Source: a virus (taxonomy: Duplodnaviria; Caudoviricetes). Taken from it: DNA of 64,000 nucleotides. Shown here piece after piece: positions 34,787 to 44,530 of the stretch (positions are counted from its first letter, which is position 1; every line of letters begins with the position of its first letter). The translations under genes were made by a program, and so were the position numbers. The DNA lies in IMG/VR virus record IMGVR_UViG_3300021400_000027, positions 32,001 through 96,000 of that record; one strand, written 5' to 3'. Below the pieces are notes generated by a model. The model did not search any database and had not been told where the DNA came from. It was given only the letters and a program-made list of their open reading frames with translations.

Positions 34787-36679
34787 TTAAACTGCTCCAT
34801 AATTAGAGAAGTCTATCTGAGAGAATACAAAATCTTTTCTTGGCTGAATATCAATACCCATTAACAGACAAAGTTGTTCCACTCCCTCTTTAGAATAAAT
34901 AATCTGGTCCATACGCTGATTTCCAGTCTTAGAAAACATAGTTGCTTTCAAATCTTTATCATTAAGCTGACCAAGACCTTTAACTCTTTTAACATCACCC
35001 TTAAGAGTTCCTCTTACTTTATCAAATTCCTCATCAGTATAATAGCAACTCATCATATTGTTATTCTTATCTCTTTCAATAAAGAGAGGAGAACGTAACC
35101 AATAAAGTCTATTTTCTTCTAAGAATTTAGGACAAAGACGATAGAGGTTAGCAATAATTAATAATGCAATATGAAAACCGTCATCATCCGCATCAACACA
35201 AATTGCAATCTTACCATAACGAAGTTTCTTGGGGTCATACCTATTAGGGTCAACTCCAAGGGCATAGAGTAAAAGTTCAATCTCCTTATTCTCGTAGTAA
35301 GCCTGTTCATCAGTCTCTTTCAATCCATTCTTCATCTTACCTCTAATTCTCATAATACCGTAGTTCTTAGTATCTCTACCTTCTGCTACTGCATTGCCGG
35401 CAGAATCACCTTCTACGATACAAAGAGTTGCATTTTGACCTAAGTTTTCAGCATCAGTTAGCTTATTAATATAAGCAACTTTCTGCTTTCTTAATTCTGT
35501 CATTTTCTTTTGCTGATTAAGTGCCGCAATTCTTGCTTTTTCTGCCGCTTTCTCTGCTTTTTGGAATTTAGCAATCATTTCCACAATGGAAGTAAATTCA
35601 GAAGTATGAGAGAAGTCTTCCAATCCCTGCTTAAAGGCGGCGGAAGCAAGAACTCTTAAATTTGCATTATTAATTTTGCTTTTTGTCTGTCCTTCAAAAG
35701 AGGGATGAGCAACTCGACAATTAATAGCATAGACTAAACCCCTACGAATGATGTCAGGGTCAAAATCTTTGCCACCAAGTCTTTTCATTGAAGTTGTGAT
35801 AGCTGTTTTTGCACCAGTAATAGGAGAACCACCTTCAGGACAGTATAATCCATTTACAAATACATAGGATTGTGCTGAATCACCAGTCCACATAAAGGCA
35901 ATTTCAACTTGGTCATTTGCGTCATACTTTGTGACAATAATCGGATTTACCATTAAAGGATTTTTAACCTTATCCTTAATAAAATCGGCGATACCATTTT
36001 CAGAATAGAATTCTTTCTTTTTACCAGAAGTTGTTTCTACAATGAAGTGTACACCTTTATTTAAATAGGAAATATTTTGAACTTCTGAACAAATTCTATC
36101 ATAAGAATAAGTTTCTCCTTCACAGTTAATAAATACGTCCATATCTGGTTTGAAACTTACAACTGTGCCAGTTCCATCAAAATTTTGACCAGAAGTTTTT
36201 TTCCATTCTTTTTCACTACATTCGCTATAATCTTTAAGAAGTCCTTTTTCAAAAACAGCACACGCCGTTTTACCATCTCTTACAGACCTCACCATAAATT
36301 TTTCAGAAGTCATACATACTGCTGTGCCGCCGATACCATTCAGACCAGCAACATTCTTGTATGCATTTTCATCAAATTTACCACCTGTATGTGCTTCGGT
36401 ATAAATTGCAACAAGAATATTCTTACCGTCAACAATACCAAAGGGAACTCCTCTACCATAGTCACGAACCGTAACCTCATTTGACTCCTCATTAAGAAGA
36501 ATACAAATTTTATCACCAAAGCCGGCAATAGATTCGTCAGTAGAGTTGTTAATAATTTCTTTTAAAGCTTGATAAGTTCCATTTATATCATCGCTACCAA
36601 GATACATAGGAACTTTTTTACGCATAGCATCTCTTGTATCAAGATGCTTAATATCACTAACACCATAATTATCTGTCAT
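34787..36679 (-). CDS. gyrB: Type IIA topoisomerase subunit B (GyrB/ParE-like)
   Basis: EIINNSTDE, DYGRGVP, HTGGKF, GLNGIG, VEGDSAG, DADDDG and KGLG motifs. Confidence 0.93.
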   Translation of the reverse strand: MTDNYGVSDIKHLDTRDAMRKKVPMYLGSDDINGTYQALKEIINNSTDESIAGFGDKICILLNEESNEVTVRDYGRGVPFGIVDGKNILVAIYTEAHTGGKFDENAYKNVAGLNGIGGTAVCMTSEKFMVRSVRDGKTACAVFEKGLLKDYSECSEKEWKKTSGQNFDGTGTVVSFKPDMDVFINCEGETYSYDRICSEVQNISYLNKGVHFIVETTSGKKKEFYSENGIADFIKDKVKNPLMVNPIIVTKYDANDQVEIAFMWTGDSAQSYVFVNGLYCPEGGSPITGAKTAITTSMKRLGGKDFDPDIIRRGLVYAINCRVAHPSFEGQTKSKINNANLRVLASAAFKQGLEDFSHTSEFTSIVEMIAKFQKAEKAAEKARIAALNQQKKMTELRKQKVAYINKLTDAENLGQNATLCIVEGDSAGNAVAEGRDTKNYGIMRIRGKMKNGLKETDEQAYYENKEIELLLYALGVDPNRYDPKKLRYGKIAICVDADDDGFHIALLIIANLYRLCPKFLEENRLYWLRSPLFIERDKNNNMMSCYYTDEEFDKVRGTLKGDVKRVKGLGQLNDKDLKATMFSKTGNQRMDQIIYSKEGVEQLCLLMGIDIQPRKDFVFSQIDFSNYGAV

Positions 36680-36691
36680 TACATTTCCTCC

Positions 36692-36907
36692 TTACTCATC
36701 GTCATCCATATGGTACATAGGTCTGTCCCAAAATGGGTCATTTGGTGGGATTTTTTCAGTTGGATTATAATACATTGGACAACCATTTACAGTATCTCGT
36801 TTTTCCTCTTTACATTTAGTACAATCACCACATCCTTCTGCTCCGCCATTTTCATAAGCGATTGCACAAGTTTTACAGATACAGTGATTGCAATCTGATT
36901 TCTTCAT
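36692..36907 (-). CDS. Small Cys-rich (metal-binding) protein
   Basis: CNHCICKTC..CGDCTKC..C; GAGGTG RBS; first gene after a promoter. Confidence 0.7.
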   Translation of the reverse strand: MKKSDCNHCICKTCAIAYENGGAEGCGDCTKCKEEKRDTVNGCPMYYNPTEKIPPNDPFWDRPMYHMDDDE

Positions 36908-36937
36908 TTAATTCACCTCTTTATTTTTGCTATAAAA

Positions 36938-36984
36938 ATTATAGCAAATAAAAGCAAAAAAGTCAAGAAATTTATTCTTGACTT
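36938..36984 (-). promoter_or_regulatory. Fused terminator / sigmaA promoter
   Basis: AAGTCAAGAA-N5-TTCTTGACTT hairpin with T-tract; TTGACT-N17-TATAAT. Confidence 0.75.
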
Positions 36985-37000
36985 CATTTTATTATGGAAT

Positions 37001-37579
37001 TTAATATAAAGGCGAATTTACAATAATTTTTTTACCAAAATTCGCTTGGTCAGTTGTGGTTGTATCTCTAAAATATTGTAAAGACCAATCAATAAGTTTA
37101 AATTCTTTGTTTGCGCCGGCTTGCACCAAGAAACAACGTTGATTATAACTTCCTCTTAAATCTCTACCATCTGTCCTAAAATCTTGAATATAAGGACCAT
37201 CAATTAAAAAGTTAATTAACTTTAAAGTATTTGATACTCCTTCTTTTAAAAGAGTCTCAACTGTATAACCAGAATATATAACAATTTTCTTTTCAGGAAA
37301 AACATTTTTTATATCAGAACATAAGGTAAAAATTGTTTCTCTATTTTTAGGGAAGAAAGGGTCTCCTCCACTAAATACTACATGAGAAATATGAGGATTT
37401 GAAATAGCGTCAAAGAATTCTGTCTTGGCATTATCATCAAAAGCTACACCATAATTACAATCCCATGTTTGAGGATTGTGACAACCTTTACATCTATTAC
37501 TACAACCGCTCACAAATAATGTCGTGCTAATTCCATGACAGTTTCCAGTATCAAACTTAATTAGTCCATTATAATTCAT
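37001..37579 (-). CDS. nrdG: Anaerobic ribonucleotide reductase activating protein
   Basis: LFVSGCSNRCKGCHN (CxxxCxxC), SGGDP, LIDGPY, LRGSYNQR. Confidence 0.93.
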   Translation of the reverse strand: MNYNGLIKFDTGNCHGISTTLFVSGCSNRCKGCHNPQTWDCNYGVAFDDNAKTEFFDAISNPHISHVVFSGGDPFFPKNRETIFTLCSDIKNVFPEKKIVIYSGYTVETLLKEGVSNTLKLINFLIDGPYIQDFRTDGRDLRGSYNQRCFLVQAGANKEFKLIDWSLQYFRDTTTTDQANFGKKIIVNSPLY

Positions 37580-37660
37580 TATTTCAGCTCCTTATTATTT
37601 ATTATAAAACTATTCTAAAGAGATATTCCAGAGCGAGTTCAGATAGATTCCCCTATACAA

Positions 37661-37693
37661 AGAAAATAAAAGAGAGCAGATTAACTGCTCTCT
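37661..37693 (-). terminator. Intrinsic terminator of the large ncRNA
   Basis: AGAGAGCAG-TTAAT-CTGCTCTCT followed by TTTATTTTC on the minus strand. Confidence 0.8.
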
Positions 37694-38249
37694 GGAATTA
37701 ATCTCTTTTGACATTCCGTCGCTTCGTACGAGATGAGTTCCCTTAGACAATCACACCAATGCCTCTAAATAAATAGAGGTTGAAACCGAAAAAGAAATAA
37801 TTGGCTAAGTCCCTACTTACCATTCTCCTAAGTAGAACCGGTTTCGACTTTTTCATGGCCCTCCCCAGCTTTTACAACAATACGTTTGTTGAAGGTTATA
37901 GATACCTTTTTGACGAGAGGGGTACGTTTTTCAAGCACATTCCCTTCACCGTGTGATTCGTCTTCGCCGGCTCACAACACCATAGACGGCATGGAGAAAC
38001 AAAGCCTATCTCCCGACAGTCCTTGTTTCCCTTTTTGTTATCGTGGAGCCGTTTAGAACATTCCTCCCCGTAGAATAGATAACTATTCTAATTTGTCCCC
38101 ACAGGGACTATTCACTTGTTAGCCTAACGTAAAAGTTAGGAGGTAATCACCAGTAGAGCATCTGGCGAAATTTAGCCCACAGGCTAAGCTCTATTTATTG
38201 TGCTAAATTAATGTAGTTTTAATAGAGAGGACCTCTAATTTTTTACTAC
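37663..38249 (-). ncRNA. Large structured non-coding RNA (~590 nt; ROOL-like in size)
   Basis: Bounded by its own consensus promoter and intrinsic terminator; no convincing ORF seen; GC higher than flanks; many perfect hairpins (TTAGCC-TGTG-GGCTAA, GTCCC-TGTG-GGGAC, TAGAATAG-TTAT-CTATTCTA, CTACTTA..TAAGTAG, GAAACCG..CGGTTTC). Confidence 0.75.
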
Positions 38250-38255
38250 AAGTTA

Positions 38256-38284
38256 ATTATAGCACAAAATTTAATATGAGTCAA
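38256..38284 (-). promoter_or_regulatory. SigmaA-type promoter of the ncRNA
   Basis: TTGACT-N17-TATAAT with extended TG; predicted TSS ~38249. Confidence 0.8.
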
Positions 38285-38288
38285 AAAG

Positions 38289-38519
38289 TTAAGACTTTTC
38301 TTCGTTTGTTAGTGCAGGTTTGATTTCTGGCTGTTCAAAAGTAATTTGAGTACCTTCTTTAAAAGAGGTAAAAGTAAGGCAAGTTTCACTTACATCTCTA
38401 TTTTCAATAGACTGAGCCTGCCAAGTTAAGTCTAAAAGTTGTACACCTTTACCTTCTTCAACCTTTCTAATCGCATCCACAATGTTCGGTGTTAAAATAA
38501 TGTCATAAATCTTATTCAT
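38289..38519 (-). CDS. Hypothetical protein (76 aa)
   Basis: ORF overlapping the upstream gene's stop; AGGAG RBS. Confidence 0.6.
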   Translation of the reverse strand: MNKIYDIILTPNIVDAIRKVEEGKGVQLLDLTWQAQSIENRDVSETCLTFTSFKEGTQITFEQPEIKPALTNEEKS

Positions 38520-38937
38520 TTTCTTTCATCTCCTGATAAATTTTATTAGGTAATTCTTTTTCAGAAACCCTTGCTTTATTCAAAGCTAATAAATTAACAA
38601 AAAAATCTGTCATATTACATTCGTCTTGTAATTCATAGCTAATTGAATCAATAACAATATTAGAATATTTATAAATGACCTTAATTTGTTCAGTTTCATC
38701 AACATTAATCCCCTCAAATACTGCATACATATCAATATTTTTAGAGCTTCTAATGATGTTAATTAAGTCATCATCTAATACTTTTGATATTAAAGTAATA
38801 TTTCTTTCAAATGGGGCATATAATGTTCTATCATAATGCTCATTATAAGTATTAATATAATCACACTTATCAATAAAATTCCCTGTATCATAATGATAGA
38901 AATAAAGAATTGGACGTTGTATTAAGCTAATATGCAT
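38512..38937 (-). CDS. Hypothetical protein (141 aa)
   Basis: GAGGTG RBS; directly downstream of nrdD. Confidence 0.65.
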   Translation of the reverse strand: MHISLIQRPILYFYHYDTGNFIDKCDYINTYNEHYDRTLYAPFERNITLISKVLDDDLINIIRSSKNIDMYAVFEGINVDETEQIKVIYKYSNIVIDSISYELQDECNMTDFFVNLLALNKARVSEKELPNKIYQEMKENE

Positions 38938-38948
38938 TATCTCACCTC

Positions 38949-41069
38949 TTAATTTAAGTGCTTAACTCTGTTCATAATATCTTCGCTTCTTCCTTGATTT
39001 GGGGTGTAGTTACTAATATAACCACAAATACGATAAGAAGTATGAACCTTTTCAGGGTCAGTTTCTCCACAGCAAGGGCATTTCCATCTTATTGTACCAT
39101 CTTTAGCATAAACTTTCGGAAAATCATATCCGTCAAAGCCACAAGTAGCACAAGTAGAAATTTCAGAATTAATTTCCGCATAAAGACACTCATTACCTAT
39201 ATGTTCAATAAGTTCAAGCATAGCTTCAATATTATTGCTCATATTTGGCACTTCAACATAAGAAATTGAGCCGCCAAGCGTTTTATCACTAAATTGTGCT
39301 TCTATTGAAAGTTTTGTAAAAGCATCCATTTCTTGGAATACTGGAACATGGTATCCATTAGTTTCAAAATTACGAACATGTTCTCCATCAACAGTGCCAA
39401 AATCTCTAATACAAGCCTTTGCAAACTTATCTGTAAGTGTTTCTGCCGGCGTAGCATAGAGTGCAACAGCGATACCAGTTCTTTCTTTTAATTCTGTATT
39501 ATTTTGATTCAGGTAATCTAAAATTTTATGAGCAAGAATTTTACCTTTACCTTCCCAGTGATTTTCTCCAGTAATAAAGTAAACGGCTTCGTGAAGACCA
39601 GAATAACCTAATGTAGTAGTTGCATAGCCACCATACACAAGTGATTCAAGTGTATCTTGTGGGTCTAACTTTGCAAGACCTCCATATTGCCATAAAATAG
39701 GACAAACTTCGGCTTTAATTTTGGCTACATGGTTTGCTCTCCAAATAATGCCTTGATTTGCAACTGAAAGATAGCGGTCGAGATTTGCAAATAGTTGCTC
39801 CTCTGAATGTTCAGTATTGTTTTCCATTGCGATATATGGAAGATTTAAGCTCATAACACCGCAATTGAAGCGTCCCCATGTTACAAACTCTCCTTTTTCA
39901 TTTTTATATGGACTTAATAAGGCTCTGCATCCCATTGATGGAGTTACAACCCCTTTCAATTCCAAATGCTTTTTAACACTCATATAGTCCGGCACAAGTC
40001 TCTTCGCACTGCATTCAGCACAAAGTCTTGTAACATCATAATATTTGCCGCCACGCATTGTGTCCTCATCAAGGAAATATAAAATTTTTGGGAAGTTCGG
40101 ATTTTCTGCAATTCCGTCTTCATTAGGCACGCCGGCGATACGTTGTTTAAGCAATTCCTTAAAAATTAAAATTAAATCATCAGTATATCTTTTATCTTCA
40201 TTTAGATAAACAGAAATTGTAAGGAAAACTGCTTGACCAACATCGGCACAAAGAGTTTGGTTTTGATAGGTAAAGGTCTGGATACCTTGTTTAATTTCTT
40301 CCATTAATTCGTCTGCAATAATTTGGTCTGTAATTTTCTGTGGTAATCCATAGGCTTTAATTCTCTTCTTTAAAGCCTGTCTACTTACATCAACAAATTT
40401 AGCAAGAGCAAGTAAGTTAATTGTACAACCTCCATAGGTATTACTTGTTACATGAGTAAGAATTTGAGTTGCTACTGTACAAGCCACTCTGAAACTATGA
40501 GGTTTATCAACCCAAGTATTATTAATTTTACAACCGTGTTGTAATAAATAATCAAGGTCAAGTAATTCACAATTATGCATAGGTCTAATTGAATAACCTG
40601 CGTCATGTGCATAAACTACGCCTCTGTCATGAGCTTCAATACACGCTTGTGGGAACATTTTCCTAAATTCTTCTCTACTAGGAATTTCTGCAAGATAAGC
40701 GTTTTTAATGTGGGTGAGAACAGCTTTCTTGTTTGCATTTTCTTGGTCAATTTCTGGACTTACATACAGAACTTTATCAATTTCAGAAGGATTTTTTGCG
40801 ATTTCTTCCTTATGAATCTTATAAGAACTATATTCTCTTGCGGCTTGCGGCGCTGCACGATAAAGAACACTCATTACCAAATTTTCAATTTTACTAACTT
40901 CAATTTGGTCATCAACTGCAAGTACCCAAATTAAATCTTCAATCTCATCTACAATTATATCAATTTCGTCAAAATTAGGATAAGAAATTTGATTATAGGC
41001 TTGAATTATTGCATTTCTAATTTTATTTCTATCATAAAGAGTTGCCACACCATTCTTAATAACTTCCAT
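38949..41069 (-). CDS. nrdD: Class III (anaerobic) ribonucleoside-triphosphate reductase
   Basis: N-terminal ATP cone, HNCEL, SMGCR, TPAETL, CxxC..CxxC and glycyl-radical motif RICGY. Confidence 0.94.
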   Translation of the reverse strand: MEVIKNGVATLYDRNKIRNAIIQAYNQISYPNFDEIDIIVDEIEDLIWVLAVDDQIEVSKIENLVMSVLYRAAPQAAREYSSYKIHKEEIAKNPSEIDKVLYVSPEIDQENANKKAVLTHIKNAYLAEIPSREEFRKMFPQACIEAHDRGVVYAHDAGYSIRPMHNCELLDLDYLLQHGCKINNTWVDKPHSFRVACTVATQILTHVTSNTYGGCTINLLALAKFVDVSRQALKKRIKAYGLPQKITDQIIADELMEEIKQGIQTFTYQNQTLCADVGQAVFLTISVYLNEDKRYTDDLILIFKELLKQRIAGVPNEDGIAENPNFPKILYFLDEDTMRGGKYYDVTRLCAECSAKRLVPDYMSVKKHLELKGVVTPSMGCRALLSPYKNEKGEFVTWGRFNCGVMSLNLPYIAMENNTEHSEEQLFANLDRYLSVANQGIIWRANHVAKIKAEVCPILWQYGGLAKLDPQDTLESLVYGGYATTTLGYSGLHEAVYFITGENHWEGKGKILAHKILDYLNQNNTELKERTGIAVALYATPAETLTDKFAKACIRDFGTVDGEHVRNFETNGYHVPVFQEMDAFTKLSIEAQFSDKTLGGSISYVEVPNMSNNIEAMLELIEHIGNECLYAEINSEISTCATCGFDGYDFPKVYAKDGTIRWKCPCCGETDPEKVHTSYRICGYISNYTPNQGRSEDIMNRVKHLN

Positions 41070-41096
41070 CTTATCTCCTCCTTTTATTTTTCTTAA

Positions 41097-41143
41097 ATTA
41101 TATCAAAAGTGAAAAAGAAAGTCAAGATATTAAATCTTGACTT
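41097..41143 (-). promoter_or_regulatory. Fused terminator / sigmaA promoter
   Basis: AAGTCAAGAT-N5-ATCTTGACTT hairpin; TTGACT-N17-TATAAT. Confidence 0.75.
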
Positions 41144-41144
41144 C

Positions 41145-41546
41145 TTAATCAACATCCCACATTTTCATTTCTTCTACAATTGTATGGACATAGGAATTAC
41201 CGCCAAGTACCTAATATCTCTCATACATATCAAGAAGACTTTGTTTAATATATGCTGGTAAGATTTTAGTATCCTTATATTTATAATAAATGTCTGTAAT
41301 ATCGTGACGTAAAGTTACTATATCAGTTTTATCACTCTCATCAAGACGTTTCATAATTTGTGCTTGTCCATTACTTAGTCTTTCGTCCATATCCTAAGTG
41401 GCGGCGGCGCATTCTTCACGCAACATCTTTTTGAAAAATTCTTTTGGTTTTTTCGTAATAATTGTAACAAAAGTTCCTAAAGTTATAAGAATACCAATTG
41501 CACTACCTATACCTTGAAAAATTTCCCATAAGATTGCCCAACTCAT
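41145..41546 (-). CDS. Holin-like single-TM membrane protein (LGGN family; 133 aa, TAG=Gln)
   Basis: MSWAILWEIFQGIGSAIGILITLGTFVTII transmembrane segment; C-terminal MYERY*VLGGNSYV motif; ATGA overlap with the upstream gene. Confidence 0.65.
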
Positions 41547-41968
41547 TTTTTCACCCCACGTTCTATAAGATTATCATTATGATATTTACTTTGAACTCGA
41601 TAAGAAGGCTCAGACAAAACTTTTTTTAAAGTTAAATCTTCTAAATCCCAGTATGGAACTCTAATTAAAGTAATCCCATGCATTAAACAATATTTGTTTT
41701 TCTATCTATCTCGTTCTTTTGACTTTAAAAATCCAGAGTAAGTTTTATGAAAGTATGGAACATATTCATAATGCTATCTTCCATCAAATTCTACCAAGCA
41801 TATCAATTTCCCATTTTTAAATAATCCAAAATCATAACGTAGCAAAGATTTTCTCTTTCCTTTTAAATCCTCAAAACTAACTTCCCTACAATACTATATG
41901 CCGCCCCTCTTAAATAAGTTAATAAGTTTCTATTCGCCTTTAGAAGGTTTATTTGCAACAGTCATCAT
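41543..41968 (-). CDS. PD-(D/E)XK endonuclease, Vsr/DUF559/DUF2726-like (141 aa, TAG=Gln)
   Basis: SKGE*K..LRYDFGL..LVEFDGR*HY..RD..KNKYC..LIRVPYW; the conserved Gln of the EFDGxQH motif is encoded by TAG (41774). Confidence 0.8.
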
Positions 41969-42806
41969 AAATGTCGCCTCTACGTCTCGGCGGCTTTGGT
42001 TCAGGTTTGCAAGGTTTAGGAACAAAAACTGGATAGGGCATTGGAGCAAAGGCTACCTTACCATTTTCAGGGTGATACATTGGAACTTTATTAGGTTCAA
42101 TATGATAAGTAGCGAGATGATAATAAGAGCCATCTTTACAAGGCACTCCATGAGGATATTGAGCGATAATTCTTCTAATTCCTTCTTCTTCTGTTAAACC
42201 TCTTTCATGTTCATAGAACTCACATTCAAGTCTAGCACTAAAGAAAGTAGTATTAATAATATCCATTTTCTTATTTGCTTCAATTTCGTCTTTAGACTCC
42301 TATCTCCATGTTTTAAGGTTATTTGCAATCTCTTTCTTAGAGAAATCACTCATTAAAATTGGAACACCATAGTAAAGTTCTCTACCTTCTCTGATGTCAT
42401 AAAATTTTCTCTATTGATTCCATAGAGCTGTAAAAAGAACATAGTATCCATTAACATTATAAATAAATTGAATAATATCCAAATTTCTCCATCTTGCATC
42501 AATAAATTGACCATCCACACCTGCGGTACTTGTAGAAATCTCTTTTAAGAAAATGGTTTCAGGGTATCTAAAGGTGTAACCACAATAGCCGGGAAGTGCG
42601 CCGCAGGAACTTTCAGGGTCAAAGCATCCTAAGGCTCTATCTTCTTGTGGGTCGCCAAGTACACGCTACATTAATTCTGCGGTTTTTAGATAGTCCTCTC
42701 TAATTCTACAAACTGGAAATTTCTTACAAGTGAAACAACGAGGGTGAATTTGAGTATGACGTGGCGGTTCGTCAACTTTAATGGGAGTTAAAAAGCGTTC
42801 TTTCAT
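41949..42806 (-). CDS. Cys/Pro-rich hypothetical protein (285 aa, TAG=Gln)
   Basis: GAGGTG RBS; MKERFLTPIKV..CFTCKKFPVC; in frame with ORF 41949-42266 through TAGs. Confidence 0.7.
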
Positions 42807-42898
42807 AAAATTCACCTCTTAAATAAAATTAAAGGAGACCTAAGCCTCCTTTTCTTTAAGTTAAGTAGAATTTTAAAAAGAAATTTCTAAGTAGTTGG

Positions 42899-44053
42899 TT
42901 AAGCAATTTGAGAAAACTCACAATCTTCTTTGCTTTTGTCTGAACGCCATTTGGCAATTTTCCCATGACGTAAAGTATAAATACCATTGGTCTTTTCAAT
43001 TTCCATTGCGGTTAATTCCGCTACTTTACCAATTAAGGTTTTTCTTTTTTCGGAATCAATAATATCTTTCTTTAATTCGTCTGTAATACCAGAAATCCAA
43101 CCAATATGATAAGGTTTTCCATCTTTCATTACAGAGAAAGATACTGCACTTGCCCAACCATTAAAATAAGGTTTTGTTACAGGCTCCCACGGTGCGCCGG
43201 CGACATATTCTTGATAATGGTTGTCACTTGACTTCTCTCCGGTTTTAATATTCTCCCAGTAGTTCCAATTCTCAATTTCCTTACCAGAATAGAGACGAGT
43301 AGGAAATTTATAATCACCATCAAGAAAAGCATCAATTGTTTGCTCAATTTCCATTTTTACTTTTAAAGTTTTTCTTGCAGTTCTCTTTCCGGGTTCAGGC
43401 TTACTATCTTGTCTTGTAATAACAATTCCTTCTCCGCCAGCATCAAGAATTTTTCTTAATTCTTCCCAAAGCTCATCGCCTTTTAAATATTCTGCAAATT
43501 CTACACAAGCCGGCGCAAGGTCATTTGAGGATTTTTCTACATTAAGCCAACTTTCATAAAGAGAGTTTAATGCCTTAACTCTCTTCTCCATTGTCTTATC
43601 AAGATAGGTTTCGCCGCCTAATGCCCACATGTCAAAAATATAGTAATGTAAGGGTGAACCTTTTTCTTGACGTTGAACCGCTTTTTCTTTTAAACAACCA
43701 AGAATTGTAGTTACGTTTCTACTTCCTCTTTTTTCGGGAAAATAAAGTTCTCCTAATAATACTGTGCCGGCAGGCAACCAGTCAAAGAAAGTATTAAGCT
43801 GAGGAACCCACTCATGCTTATCCAAATACTCTCCATTCACGGACTTAGTCCTACCCTGCATAATAATATTGCCGTCCATATCTTTAATTAAACGAGAATA
43901 ATGTCCGTCCTTTTTCTCTGCACCCAGATAGGTGCCGGAAGTGATAAAGTTTTTAGTTTCCTTTTTTGAATCTCCTTTATAAGATTTCGGGAAACTCCAA
44001 TATTTCTCTGCCGGAAGTTCAATAAAATCTTTTTCTCCGATATAACCTCTCAT
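42899..44053 (-). CDS. ATP-dependent DNA ligase
   Basis: Motif I EKKDG, LLGELY, YIFDM, EGIVI, LKVK, LRHG..RSDK. Confidence 0.88.
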   Translation of the reverse strand: MRGYIGEKDFIELPAEKYWSFPKSYKGDSKKETKNFITSGTYLGAEKKDGHYSRLIKDMDGNIIMQGRTKSVNGEYLDKHEWVPQLNTFFDWLPAGTVLLGELYFPEKRGSRNVTTILGCLKEKAVQRQEKGSPLHYYIFDMWALGGETYLDKTMEKRVKALNSLYESWLNVEKSSNDLAPACVEFAEYLKGDELWEELRKILDAGGEGIVITRQDSKPEPGKRTARKTLKVKMEIEQTIDAFLDGDYKFPTRLYSGKEIENWNYWENIKTGEKSSDNHYQEYVAGAPWEPVTKPYFNGWASAVSFSVMKDGKPYHIGWISGITDELKKDIIDSEKRKTLIGKVAELTAMEIEKTNGIYTLRHGKIAKWRSDKSKEDCEFSQIA

Positions 44054-44520
44054 TGCACACTCTCCTTTGCTTTTACTGCAAGTCTATCAACAATTTCATT
44101 ATATTGATTACCAGAATGACCTTTAACTTTAACAAAACTAACGCAATCCTCATACTCATCAAGAATGCTCATGGCTTCCTTAATAATTTCTAAGTTCTTG
44201 ATTTCGCCGCCTTTTTTCTTCCAACCATTTGCTCTCCATTTCTTAGCCCATTGAGTTAAGGTATTAAGACTATAGGCACTATCAGTATAGATAACACAAG
44301 CATCAAAAGTTGAACCCGTTTTTGTGAAATCTTTTAGTGCTTCAAGAATAGCCATTAACTCCATGCGATTGTTTGTAGATTCTTTCTCTCCGTAAGACCA
44401 TTGATTAACAACTATTCCGTCAATTAACTTAACATACGCACATCCGCCATTATCTCTTATATATTCTCCATTTACCACACGCATAGTCGCTGCGCCATCA
44501 GTATAATATTCTACCATCAT
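44050..44520 (-). CDS. rnhA: Ribonuclease HI
   Basis: YTDGA, STNNRMEL, IYTDSAY, W..NGWK, VKGHSG..NE.VD.LA. Confidence 0.93.
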   Translation of the reverse strand: MMVEYYTDGAATMRVVNGEYIRDNGGCAYVKLIDGIVVNQWSYGEKESTNNRMELMAILEALKDFTKTGSTFDACVIYTDSAYSLNTLTQWAKKWRANGWKKKGGEIKNLEIIKEAMSILDEYEDCVSFVKVKGHSGNQYNEIVDRLAVKAKESVQ

Positions 44521-44530
44521 CTAATCTCCT

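Noticed and set aside
37663-38249. tmRNA, RNase P RNA, tRNA cluster or intron as the identity of the ncRNA
   Set aside because: No tRNA-like GGGG..CCA ends, no GAGGAAAGUCC motif and no cloverleafs were seen; the element has its own promoter and terminator and does not interrupt a gene
18352-41069. Inteins or introns in dnaE, dnaB, gyrA/gyrB or nrdD
   Set aside because: Lengths are ordinary, and no C/S..HN splice motifs or homing endonuclease inserts were seen; the dnaB and recJ breaks are single TAG codons
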